From NCBI GenBank assembly GCA_946965045.2, contig OX337240.1, positions 2,666,001 to 2,730,000 on the forward strand: 64,000 nt of DNA, given 5' to 3'. The stretch comes from Epithemia pelagica (Eukaryota > Protista > Bacillariophyta). This document shows, in pieces, positions 44,801 to 53,537 of this stretch. The notes under the pieces were generated by a model that did no database searches, was not told the origin of the DNA, and saw nothing but the letters and a program-made list of their open reading frames with translations. The position numbers and the translations under genes were made by a program. How positions within the stretch are numbered: the stretch's first letter is position 1; every line of letters begins with the position of its first letter.

Positions 44801-46930
44801 TTGAAACAATTCGCAAACGGGTTCGACCATTGCGTTCTTTGAGGAATGAAAAGATGAGAATTTTAGTTGGGTCTTTCCATGCACTATCATACACCACTGG
44901 TATTTCTTGGGGTATGGCATCGAAGGCGTACGACGGACAGAACTCATGTCAAGATACACACGATTCACGGCAAGATTTTGGCTCGGATCATAATCGTCGT
45001 CAAGTTTGGTTTTCGACTTGGATCGAGGAAAGTTCTTTCGACGTGCCTTTCCGGCTGCACATGCGGCACATTGGTCCATTGGAGATGAGTCAAGAGTGAA
45101 TCCAAGATGATCCATGATGGCCTTGAGTTGATGATTGCCGATGTGGCCAAGACGGTCATGTGCTTGCTGCTGTGTCATGATGTTGCGCTTTGTTGGGAAG
45201 TTGACATTGGGTACCGCGCCAATGATTTCTTGATGTGTCTTGCTGGTGTCACGACGTAAGTACATGCAGAAAATCATGCCATCTGGAGTGGGAATGACGA
45301 TATCGAACTCAACATGCATCTGACCTTTGCTGATGACAATCTTCTCCGATGATCCAGACAGAGACCAACCTTGCTTCAGCATTTTCGACACGCTGAAAAG
45401 GTTGAAGGCAGCCGACGGAAGAAGATTCACACCAGTCAGACGAGCTGGGCCGACTTCGTGGCCATGTTTATTGCAACGAATACCAGGCAAATCACCAATC
45501 AACGAAGCAGTTTCGGTTGTAGCATTGGCCATCACCAATCCGATGGGATCAACAGGTTTGTGGAGGTTGATCATCCCTTGTGCATGGGATGTCATGTGTT
45601 GGGTTGCGCCAGTATCAGCGATCCAAATATTCGGATCACGCAAGATCTGAATGTCGGAAGGGAACTCGATTCCGCTCAAAAGCGCTTCAACATGAGTGCC
45701 TTGAGAAGGATTAGCAGTCGTGGCGCTATTGGTGTTCACAGGAGGACCGGTCAAATTTGATGCAACAACAGTGGCAATGTCTTGTGTTCCATTGGGAATT
45801 GGAGTCTGTTGTGGTGGTGGTTCTTGTGGAGCTTGTTGTTGTTGACGGCGACTTGTCCAGTTCGGCGGACGCAGATGTGCATTCTTGGGGTTCTCCCAGC
45901 ATCGATGTGTCGAATGTCCATACACTTTACAATCCTCACAATATGGTCTTGGGCGATTGGGATCGTATGGGCGTTGTTGATACTGTCCTGGAGTGTTTGG
46001 TTGATATGCTTGATGCTGAGGAGGTCCATTGTTTGGAGCTTGGTATTGTCCAGCGACCAATGCTGTACCTTGATGGGCTTGATTGAGGCGCAAAGGACAT
46101 TGGTAGTATCCATGGCCTGGCTCTTGGCAGAAGTTGCAAATCACATAAGGACTAGAGACCTCGGAGTTAGTGCTTCCAACGGCTTGACAAATGGGAGCAT
46201 TCTTGACAACTTGAGTGGCTTGAAGTGACAATCCACCACTGTCAAGACTCGATTCCGTTCCGTCTTCGCCATCGTCATCTTCGTCATGGTGGAGATTCCA
46301 TTGTGTCATCATGGCGTCGATCAGATCATCGGCCGTTACTTGACTTCCTTTGGCTCGTTGTTCGGCGGCTACGATGGTGTTGTATACTGGAGCAGCTTTC
46401 TCGATCACAATGGCGACAAGATCGTCGTCATTCAACTCGTGGTTGTGTCGATTCTCAATCTGGGAGATCTTCTTACGGAGAATCTTGGGATTCATGGTAT
46501 CAGTCATGTTGATTTTGTTGATATCTTGTCGGATTTGTGTCTTGGCCGCAATGTTTTCGCTTGTATAATTTCGATTCAACCCCTTGATGATGATATGAGC
46601 TTGTCCACCCGGCCAATCAGCTGTGATGGACTTCATGACGAGCTTGAGATCGTCATCTGCTTGGAGAGCCATGCTGAGACAGGATACCGCCATTGCATTA
46701 CGGTGTAAAGCCTTCTTCTGCTTCTTTCCGGAGTCTGTTGATTCGTCGATCACGGCATCTTCTGTTCCCGGCAAATCAGGATCAGGCTGTTCTGAGAGAG
46801 CTTGTATGAAATTGTATACTCGGGCATGAGAACGGAATCTCATCCACCAGATCGGATAGTCCGACTTCTTCCCGGAGAAAGTTGGTACCTTGACCACTGT
46901 TGCTGACTTGTCATTGCTTGTAGTATCCAT
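41804..46930 (-). CDS. Copia 2 Gag-Pol polyprotein
   Basis: Gag VPTFSGKKSDYPIW; two CCHC knuckles; PR WIADTGATQHM; HDRLGH...CAAC; INT RLDNAGEN, TPQQNSLAE; RT DVKGAFL, LYGTKQA, WVDD; RH SDSDFAKD, SEAE, NSADLFTK. Confidence 0.96.
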   Translation of the reverse strand: MDTTSNDKSATVVKVPTFSGKKSDYPIWWMRFRSHARVYNFIQALSEQPDPDLPGTEDAVIDESTDSGKKQKKALHRNAMAVSCLSMALQADDDLKLVMKSITADWPGGQAHIIIKGLNRNYTSENIAAKTQIRQDINKINMTDTMNPKILRKKISQIENRHNHELNDDDLVAIVIEKAAPVYNTIVAAEQRAKGSQVTADDLIDAMMTQWNLHHDEDDDGEDGTESSLDSGGLSLQATQVVKNAPICQAVGSTNSEVSSPYVICNFCQEPGHGYYQCPLRLNQAHQGTALVAGQYQAPNNGPPQHQAYQPNTPGQYQQRPYDPNRPRPYCEDCKVYGHSTHRCWENPKNAHLRPPNWTSRRQQQQAPQEPPPQQTPIPNGTQDIATVVASNLTGPPVNTNSATTANPSQGTHVEALLSGIEFPSDIQILRDPNIWIADTGATQHMTSHAQGMINLHKPVDPIGLVMANATTETASLIGDLPGIRCNKHGHEVGPARLTGVNLLPSAAFNLFSVSKMLKQGWSLSGSSEKIVISKGQMHVEFDIVIPTPDGMIFCMYLRRDTSKTHQEIIGAVPNVNFPTKRNIMTQQQAHDRLGHIGNHQLKAIMDHLGFTLDSSPMDQCAACAAGKARRKNFPRSKSKTKLDDDYDPSQNLAVNRVYLDMSSVRRTPSMPYPKKYQWCMIVHGKTQLKFSSFHSSKNAMVEPVCELFQRWASNGLGVTHVRLDNAGENILLQSRAQSAAWKLGIEFEFTARNTPQQNSLAEVSISTIAMRGRAMMHRANLPLEYRNLLWTTAFDTATLLDGLVVIEINGVSQTRYEHWCGQLPKFAHHLRTWGEAGTVKVATDTSKKLNDRGAHCLFVGYCKDHAGDVYRMFNPTTKMVHMTRDVVWLRRMYFVPPPSVPHLMVSPVVDPSTYADHEDLPLVDDNAPFIEMLEDNNAQPKTDEIEPESNAPMEIERPTVETINQADDADDNVSVMTSATPRREQVTRTGRHVRPPKRLIEEYACAGIDFSRLQLSSAEVRYYQAMSSLGHEDADFDFAPPASDVRQGYQHADMYRAPVFHDDAPLISNDISDAFLSTDVDPDYQAPTFPIDSIASGYSTNSTTLAQECALVGAGLGGGIQNTKELHVLSYKEAINGPERDQWLESIEKEYQRMIDNGVFIPCAPEDVPVGAKILSNVWAMKKKANGTFRARLNARGYEQVDGEHYDSHATFAPVASEMTIMIILVLIIIANWVVHIMDVKGAFLLGDFEKDRKMWMTIPKGMESKYPPGWLVFLGKTLYGTKQAARAFWNKVQVVMQLIGFLRNRADPCLYFAWTAFGLVIWLSWVDDFLICGSEAGVHHSKEAMKAHFDCDDCGPMTEYIGCKIDIDRTNRQSKLSQPVLLKSFHDEFDVPIPSQPYTTPAAPGEVLRNDDGSPSLTSKQQSLYRSGVGKLLHLMKWTRPDILNSVRELSKFMKQATENHLKAMYRVMRYCMDTSERSKTLRPVGCWDGRKDSFDFVIRGISDSDFAKDPERRHSISGISVFLQDAPISESSRMQDCVTLSVSEAEIVAAVETGQRMLFGMRVLEQMGLTVAKPMILHMDCKGALALTHSWSVGGRTRHIDVKWHFLREMKEEGLIHTVWVHSPDNSADLFTKNLSGPDFKRHSLVYCSDLDPNIKADDDPTNTASDLPCAHVEPLAGSETALMVHQGPIPYWIQSFLRSQSTSN

Positions 46931-47155
46931 GATGATATTTTTGATGATAGATGAATGGAGTTAGACGAGTTTGGCAAACAACAACACACGATCAACGATT
47001 CCAAACCTTTGCGGTAATGGTCGTTCTGTCCCGATTTCAATGTAACAATCCAACGATTTGACTCAGTTCTTCGATTCTTCTTGTTCCCGTAAGGCTTGAT
47101 TCTCTTTCTATTGCATCAGAGGGACCAACAAAGCAATCACCGATACTAGCTAGTA

Positions 47156-47440
47156 TGTTGGATCACTAGATTGGCCCAAATGGAGTCTTCCGCGCACAGA
47201 AGCAATAGAGATGTAAATGTAGACGAATTGCTTTTCAAAATGATCGATCTAGAAAGAGTGAGTGTTACGACTAGAGTGTTGTCCAAGATGGGAGTTGTTG
47301 TTGTGCCAGTTGAGATCGAAATCATCCAAGATCTAGGTGATCTATAACCGCCTCCCATGCGGTTTCTATCCCAATGATTTGGATGTGCGACCACTTCGGG
47401 ATCACGACATGAAGAGCGACTCAATTCTTTGATTCCGACA
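47156..47440 (-). repeat. 5' LTR of copia 2
   Basis: Direct repeat of 41229-41513. Confidence 0.93.
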
Positions 47441-47560
47441 ATTCTGAGGTCAAGCAAATCGAAAAGCTCTCGACACCGCAGCGTTGTCCCCCAAAAATTT
47501 GGAAATTTAGTAGAAACAGTACCAAGCTCTACGTGGATCTTTTGAAGCAAGATACCGACC

Positions 47561-49483
47561 ATGGCCGAAGAGGTGCCCAAGTCCACTCTCGCCATGGACG
47601 ACGCAAGTACCGACACAGCATCGGCACATAATCACTATACCAAGAAGTATGTCGGAGAAGAGAAAGAGTATGTGGTAAAGTTTGTTTTCCGTCCGAAGAA
47701 GAACAACACTAAAGTTTCATCTACGCATTTTGCCGTTCTCCAAGTCATTCGTCGCGTATACCCAGAAGTTAAGATATTCAACAACAACGGAGGGGTCATC
47801 ACTGACTTGAACAGGCTTTTAGTTCTTTCCGATTACACTCGCAACTACAACACTCAGTTTTTGAAAGGAAACGAAGACAAAGAGCGATTGCCGATGTACA
47901 TCGTTTATCATCGCCTGCATTCTCGCATTCCTATAAGTGAAATTCGAAACCATCATGACGTCTCAGCAAGGCTCAAGAACGTTAACGCAAGAATGCTGGT
48001 TCATCACTGGCAGGAAAATGAAACAAGAATTTCTAATCTCGGCTTCTTTGTTGAAATAGATCCGAGCAATGTTACTTCAGAAGAGGCTGTCGACCGCGTA
48101 CAAAAAGAGATGATTAAGCAGAATACTGGATTATCAATCAAGAAGATTCCCAAGTTCAAGATGGTCTTTACTTCCCCGTTTATCTATGACGACTTCAATG
48201 AGAAGTGTAACTCCAAAGCATACGGGTTACAGTGTCGCCAAGATGATGCAAAAACTCTCATCAAGATACTCAAAGAAACGTACAAAAAGAATCCAGTCTT
48301 TTTGTTCCATCGACTTCGTCACCAAGATGAAGCGAGCAAAGAGATTTATAGAAGCGCTTTGATTCATCAGAATGCTTACCTCAAAGAGCATCAAGTGGTC
48401 CCAGTTGTTGGTCTCACCGATGACATCATGTTCTATCTACGCGAGAAAATCATGGCAATAGTTGGAGTGACAGATGTATCCAAGCATAGAGACACTGCGA
48501 AGACAGGACGTTTCAATGTGCACACCACCCGTAATCATATGAATAGCGTCACCAAGGCACTCAGAGGATCAATCGGAGAAATGGTCCAAACTGCTTTGAC
48601 CAATTACAGCGACTTGCGCTTACCAAGCAAGTTTCCTAAACCTGGCATAGCCTTTAAGAAAGGAGCCTATGAAGATGAAGATGACGACAAAAACAACTCA
48701 ATGGAAACATACATTTCGTCCTGCGCCTCCATGTTTTCCAGTACGTCTAATCAAGAGTATTACAAAGAAGAGATCGATCCGGGCATGTACCACCCACCCA
48801 GTGGATCGAGTCCAGCTACACAATCATGGAAATGTCCCGTGAAGATTCCAGCGGTTGTTGCTGTTGAAACTAGAACGGACCAAACGCCGAGTGTGATGAC
48901 CTCAAGCGACGAACGAGAAAAGCGACTGATGGCTGAAAATGCAAAGCAGCAGAAAGAGATCGATGATCTGAAAGCAATGGTACGAAAACTGCAAGAAGCA
49001 CAAGGATACAAAATAGAAACTAGCGTCGTAGCTGTGAAGGAACCAGAATCAAGAACGGAAGAAAATGCTCCACAAGCAACATACTCAGACACAAGCACCG
49101 TCACTACCCCCAGAGCTCCTCCTGCACCGGATCCCACTAGCATTCTTCAACCCGAAGTTATTCAGCAGATAGCTTCTCTGGTCTTGAATGCAGTCGAAAG
49201 CAAATTGCAACTACCAAGCTCTCAACCTTTAACCACAGCGAGTTACGAACGACAGGAACCAACGATTGGGGCCAAACGACAAAAACCAACTGACTCAATT
49301 GACTCAAAACAGAACCAGCCCGCTGTCGCAGCCAGAGAAAGCCAGGCGATCAGTAATGAGGCGACTCCTAATCATGAAGTTGGAAAAATCACAGATTCCA
49401 GCATGACACTCAACCAGTCATCGGCCAGCTTGGAGATGGACGTGAGTGCAATCGAAAAGAGTGTAAATCATGACGACAATTAG
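47561..49483 (+). CDS. LINE ORF1
   Basis: 640-aa ORF overlapping ORF2 start by 14 nt; coiled-coil-like segment EKRLMAENAKQQKEIDDLKAMVRKLQEA. Confidence 0.85.
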   Translation: MAEEVPKSTLAMDDASTDTASAHNHYTKKYVGEEKEYVVKFVFRPKKNNTKVSSTHFAVLQVIRRVYPEVKIFNNNGGVITDLNRLLVLSDYTRNYNTQFLKGNEDKERLPMYIVYHRLHSRIPISEIRNHHDVSARLKNVNARMLVHHWQENETRISNLGFFVEIDPSNVTSEEAVDRVQKEMIKQNTGLSIKKIPKFKMVFTSPFIYDDFNEKCNSKAYGLQCRQDDAKTLIKILKETYKKNPVFLFHRLRHQDEASKEIYRSALIHQNAYLKEHQVVPVVGLTDDIMFYLREKIMAIVGVTDVSKHRDTAKTGRFNVHTTRNHMNSVTKALRGSIGEMVQTALTNYSDLRLPSKFPKPGIAFKKGAYEDEDDDKNNSMETYISSCASMFSSTSNQEYYKEEIDPGMYHPPSGSSPATQSWKCPVKIPAVVAVETRTDQTPSVMTSSDEREKRLMAENAKQQKEIDDLKAMVRKLQEAQGYKIETSVVAVKEPESRTEENAPQATYSDTSTVTTPRAPPAPDPTSILQPEVIQQIASLVLNAVESKLQLPSSQPLTTASYERQEPTIGAKRQKPTDSIDSKQNQPAVAARESQAISNEATPNHEVGKITDSSMTLNQSSASLEMDVSAIEKSVNHDDN

Positions 49484-52400
49484 TGCAGATTTACCCAACA
49501 ACAACTACTTAGATCAATCCGATCATCTCTATGCACCGACCATTGAAATAGACACTGTCTCAGACAGTGATTCAGAATATGATGAAAATCAAGAGCGAGA
49601 AGGAACCGAACATTCACAAGGAATTGAAGAAATTGAACAAGATAGCTATGCAAACAATGGGTATATTGGAGAAGAAATTAAAGAGAAACCGGACGGCTGT
49701 TTTCGAGTCTTTGGGAAGAATCCAGATGGGATCACCCTAGGGCACGACGGTGGCGAGTTTGCAGATTGGTGTACTGAAATGGCGATGCTCCAGGTTGATT
49801 CATGGGGCATTTATGAACTTAACCTCGACACTCAAAGGCCTGCAGTCAAGGATATACTATTTAACACAGTTCGGCGAGATCAAGAACACAATCGACTGGT
49901 ATTTGGCAGCAGTACAATACCCTCGAGAAAGAGTAACTACAAACCTGGAGGAGTACTACTAGCAACTACTGGAAGAATGACGGGACGAGTTGTACGTCAA
50001 GGAACAGATAGAATGGGACGATGGGCTTTCCAAATCTTTGCCGGAACAGGTGGCAAATTGCTTACCCTGATAACTGCTTATCAAGTATGCCAACAAGCGG
50101 TCGTGGAGGACGACGAAATAAAGAGTTTTACTTGCAGTGCTCAGCAAGTTAGTATGTTACGTCAGGAGGGTCGGTATGAATCGCCTCGCGATGCATTCAT
50201 TCAAGACATGATTTGCTTCATTCGAGAACAACAAATCAGGGGCTCGGATATTCTTTTGTTTGGCGATTTTAATGAACCGTTACAGTCAAGTAACAGTGGT
50301 ATGGGACGTGTCGCTTTGGAATGCGATTTATATGATATAATGGAACAGGCCGTTGGACAGACTGACTTCGGGACGTATGCAAGAGGGAGCAACCGAATTG
50401 ATTACGCTTTGGGAACCGCTAATGTTTCTCGAGCATTACTTCAAGCATGTTATGAGCCTTTCAATTCAAGGGGTAAAGGCGATCACCGAAACTTGGTAAT
50501 GGACTTTGATATCAAGCAATTATTCGGGAACGAAACACAGGCATTGGGACCAATTTGCAGCAGAGAGTTCACATCGAAAGATCTTGCTTCCAACAGAGAG
50601 TACATACAACAGAAGCATAAGTACCTCCAAGATCACAACTTTGCAACGAGAATTGAAAACGCTAAGAATGATTGGAATCCAACAATAATGGAACGATTGG
50701 ACGCTGACTTTCAACGTGCCGGAATAATCGCGGCAAACCGATGTGCGAGGAAACCGAGAAATATCCCGTTTGCGTCTGAGATTGCTCAATTACGGCAATA
50801 CAAAAGCTTATTGCAGAAAATCATTTCACAGCACCGACTTCAAATGCATTGTGATGAAGGGATTCAGCGATTGGCTCAACGTCATCCACATCTCCATATT
50901 CCGACAAGCTTTGAAGAATGTATGGAGATTCTCAAAGGAGTGCAACGGCAGATAAAAGAAATGACAAAAACTGCTACACATCGACGACAGAACGAACAAC
51001 AGTCTTTACTGAAAGCGGCATTGGACCGGGGCGATAAGAAAGAGGCAAAGTCCATTAGGAAAAGAATGGCTGCTGAAAGGACCAAAGCAATGTATAAGAA
51101 ATTGCGGCAATGTCGTGGAGAAACTCGTGCTGGCATTACCAGGCTGGATGTGCCAGCAGACCGCACTGATACAGATTACTCAAATTGTCGCCAATGGATC
51201 ACGATCGAAACGCCTGCAGAAATAGAGGAAAGTCTTTTAAAACGCAATCAGCTACACTTCGGGCAAGCGCATGGTACCTTTCCAACTGTGCCCCCATTTT
51301 CAGAATGGATTGATTGGGCGGCTTCTTCCCATACATCGGAACTCATCTTAGAAGGACAATGGAATCAACCGGATCTTGACGAACTCTCTCAAAACCTCAT
51401 TGATCATATGAAAGCTCGCACTTCGCTTGATGCAATCAAAGGTCCTATTTCAGTGGAAGAATGGATTGATAAGATACGAAAGTGGCCCGAGGCGACAACC
51501 ACGTCACCGTCAGGATTTCATCTCACTCATAGTAAGGCTCTGGTCACAGAGCACGATCTTGATCCCAATATCGAAGAAGGGCAACAATTAAACCGACAGC
51601 GGCAGGATTTGATTCAGTGGCAAGTGGATATTATTAACCTTGCAATCAAGAATTCTTACTCTCTTGAGCGTTGGAAGCATATCGTGAATGTCATGATTCC
51701 CAAGGAATCTGGGAACCGAAAGATTCATCGATTACGAGTCATCCACATATATGAGCAAGATTACAATTTGATCTTGGCTCTTAAGTGGCGGTCTCTCATT
51801 CAAACAGGAGTGAAACAACAATTGATCAACGACTCTCAGTTCGGAGCTGTTCCGGGAAAAGACGCTATCATTCCAACCATGATAGAAGAGTATCAATACG
51901 AGATTAGCAGAGCAAGCAAAAGACCATTGGTGCATCTTGACTATGATGCTACTGCCTGTTATGACCGGATCATAATGAATTTCGGCAGTTTGGTCTCTCG
52001 GAGTTTTGGCCAACATCGGTCGATAGTGTTTATAAACGCAAAAACACTGGAAGAGGCAAGGTACTATTTAAAAACACAACTTGGAGTCTCGGAGCGGTGG
52101 TACAAGCATTGTACAATCCACCCGATCTACGGTTCCGGCCAAGGCGCCGGGAATTCGCCAGCCATCTGGTGTATTATTAGTTCAATTCTCTTTGACACCT
52201 ACGAGTCACGAGCATATGGTGCATCCTTTCAGTCACCTGATGGGCAAGTCAAAGTGAGGATTTTTATGATTGGCTTTGTTGATGATACGAGTGGAAGCAT
52301 CAACGATTTCCTGCTCCCAGAGCCCGCCTCCCCTGAACACTATATTCAACGGGCCACATGCGATGCACAACGTTGGAGCAATGTCCTTTCTCTCTCTGGA

Positions 52401-53537
52401 GGAGGACTACAAAAGACAAAATGCTCTTATCATTTCCTGTACTACAAGTTTACCATTGATGGTCTAGCAGTGTTGCAGGACGGAGAATTTGGGCCCAAGA
52501 TTGAGATCGAGTTCGAATCAGGAGAATCACCACGGCCACTCAAACAACTCTCTGCTTATTCAAGTCACAAAACATTAGGAGTCCAAAAGGCTCCAAGTTC
52601 TACTAACAAAGGACTGTTTGAGTCTCTTCGAAAGAAAAACAAGAAACACACTGAAGTCATGGCTCGTAGCCCATTTACCCCGACCGATGCATGGGCTTAC
52701 TACCATTCGATTTACTTACCCAGCATATGCTACCCCTTTCCGTCTTCATCGCTATCCAAAGAGCATTGCTTGAGACTACAGAGGGAATTCAAAGTCGCTT
52801 TCCTTCCCAAATTTGGTGTCAACCGTTGCACTCCAAATGCAGTCGTGTATGGCGCGGCTGATTATGGAGGTTTGTCCCTTCGCGATCTATCGGTAGAACA
52901 CGGGATTTCTCAAGTTTACATGTTTCTCGCCACGATTCGCCCATGCGGCGTTGCTTCCGATTTGGCTTCGATCATGCTCTCTTGGGGGCAATATCTAGCT
53001 GGCACGAGTGCACCGATCTTGATGGATATTCACCGACGTCTTCCCCACATGGATCCAATGCAATGGTTACCTTCTATGCGACAATTTCTACATTCCGTAG
53101 ACTGTCAGATTGAAGTAGGCTTGGACTTTGTGCCTAATCTTCAACGGGATCATGATCTGTTCTTGATGGACTACGCCACCGAGGCGAACTACACTGATGG
53201 TGAATTGAAGTTGGTGAATGCTTGTCGTCTTTATCTTGGAGTGGTGTTGCTCAGTGATATTGTCACTCCTGATGGGACAGTCCTTACTCAAGAGTGTATT
53301 CAAGGAAAGCGCTCGTCTCATTCTACTCCGAAAGGCTTGCTTCCATATCAACAACGGCCAGGCCCTCGTGCTTGGCAGCTCTGGCGCAAGTTCTTACGAT
53401 TGTTCACAATTTCGAATTCGAAGAATCGTCTTTTGCACCCTCTCGGTCCTTGGATCGTGACAGGCAACAATACACTCCGACAACTGTTCAACTCTTTGTC
53501 TTTCATGATGACAGATATGATGTATATGCTCCGCTAA
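49470..53537 (+). CDS. LINE ORF2, N-terminal part (APE endonuclease + RT)
   Basis: APE: KNPDG, YELNLD, GDFNE, RIDY, GDHR. RT: DYDATACYDRI, GQGAGNSP, FVDDT, KTLGV. Confidence 0.93.
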   Translation: MTTISADLPNNNYLDQSDHLYAPTIEIDTVSDSDSEYDENQEREGTEHSQGIEEIEQDSYANNGYIGEEIKEKPDGCFRVFGKNPDGITLGHDGGEFADWCTEMAMLQVDSWGIYELNLDTQRPAVKDILFNTVRRDQEHNRLVFGSSTIPSRKSNYKPGGVLLATTGRMTGRVVRQGTDRMGRWAFQIFAGTGGKLLTLITAYQVCQQAVVEDDEIKSFTCSAQQVSMLRQEGRYESPRDAFIQDMICFIREQQIRGSDILLFGDFNEPLQSSNSGMGRVALECDLYDIMEQAVGQTDFGTYARGSNRIDYALGTANVSRALLQACYEPFNSRGKGDHRNLVMDFDIKQLFGNETQALGPICSREFTSKDLASNREYIQQKHKYLQDHNFATRIENAKNDWNPTIMERLDADFQRAGIIAANRCARKPRNIPFASEIAQLRQYKSLLQKIISQHRLQMHCDEGIQRLAQRHPHLHIPTSFEECMEILKGVQRQIKEMTKTATHRRQNEQQSLLKAALDRGDKKEAKSIRKRMAAERTKAMYKKLRQCRGETRAGITRLDVPADRTDTDYSNCRQWITIETPAEIEESLLKRNQLHFGQAHGTFPTVPPFSEWIDWAASSHTSELILEGQWNQPDLDELSQNLIDHMKARTSLDAIKGPISVEEWIDKIRKWPEATTTSPSGFHLTHSKALVTEHDLDPNIEEGQQLNRQRQDLIQWQVDIINLAIKNSYSLERWKHIVNVMIPKESGNRKIHRLRVIHIYEQDYNLILALKWRSLIQTGVKQQLINDSQFGAVPGKDAIIPTMIEEYQYEISRASKRPLVHLDYDATACYDRIIMNFGSLVSRSFGQHRSIVFINAKTLEEARYYLKTQLGVSERWYKHCTIHPIYGSGQGAGNSPAIWCIISSILFDTYESRAYGASFQSPDGQVKVRIFMIGFVDDTSGSINDFLLPEPASPEHYIQRATCDAQRWSNVLSLSGGGLQKTKCSYHFLYYKFTIDGLAVLQDGEFGPKIEIEFESGESPRPLKQLSAYSSHKTLGVQKAPSSTNKGLFESLRKKNKKHTEVMARSPFTPTDAWAYYHSIYLPSICYPFPSSSLSKEHCLRLQREFKVAFLPKFGVNRCTPNAVVYGAADYGGLSLRDLSVEHGISQVYMFLATIRPCGVASDLASIMLSWGQYLAGTSAPILMDIHRRLPHMDPMQWLPSMRQFLHSVDCQIEVGLDFVPNLQRDHDLFLMDYATEANYTDGELKLVNACRLYLGVVLLSDIVTPDGTVLTQECIQGKRSSHSTPKGLLPYQQRPGPRAWQLWRKFLRLFTISNSKNRLLHPLGPWIVTGNNTLRQLFNSLSFMMTDMMYMLR

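Larger units (their letters stand above)
41229..47440 (-). mobile_element. Ty1/copia LTR retrotransposon 2, single gag-pol ORF
   Basis: 285-bp TG...CA LTRs with 2 mismatches; GGCAGGG purine tract before the 3' LTR; intact 1708-aa polyprotein; no TSD found. Confidence 0.95.

Noticed and set aside
47114-47127. TGGTCCCTCTGATG as a tRNA-Tyr-type PBS for copia 2
   Set aside because: 28 nt from the LTR and the implied tRNA position 61 is not C; kept only as a weak candidate, not annotated.
47146-47616. 156-aa minus-strand ORF (and its partial twin at 41165-41497)
   Set aside because: Runs through the copia 2 LTR and antisense to LINE ORF1; no motif; similarity between the two is just LTR duplication.
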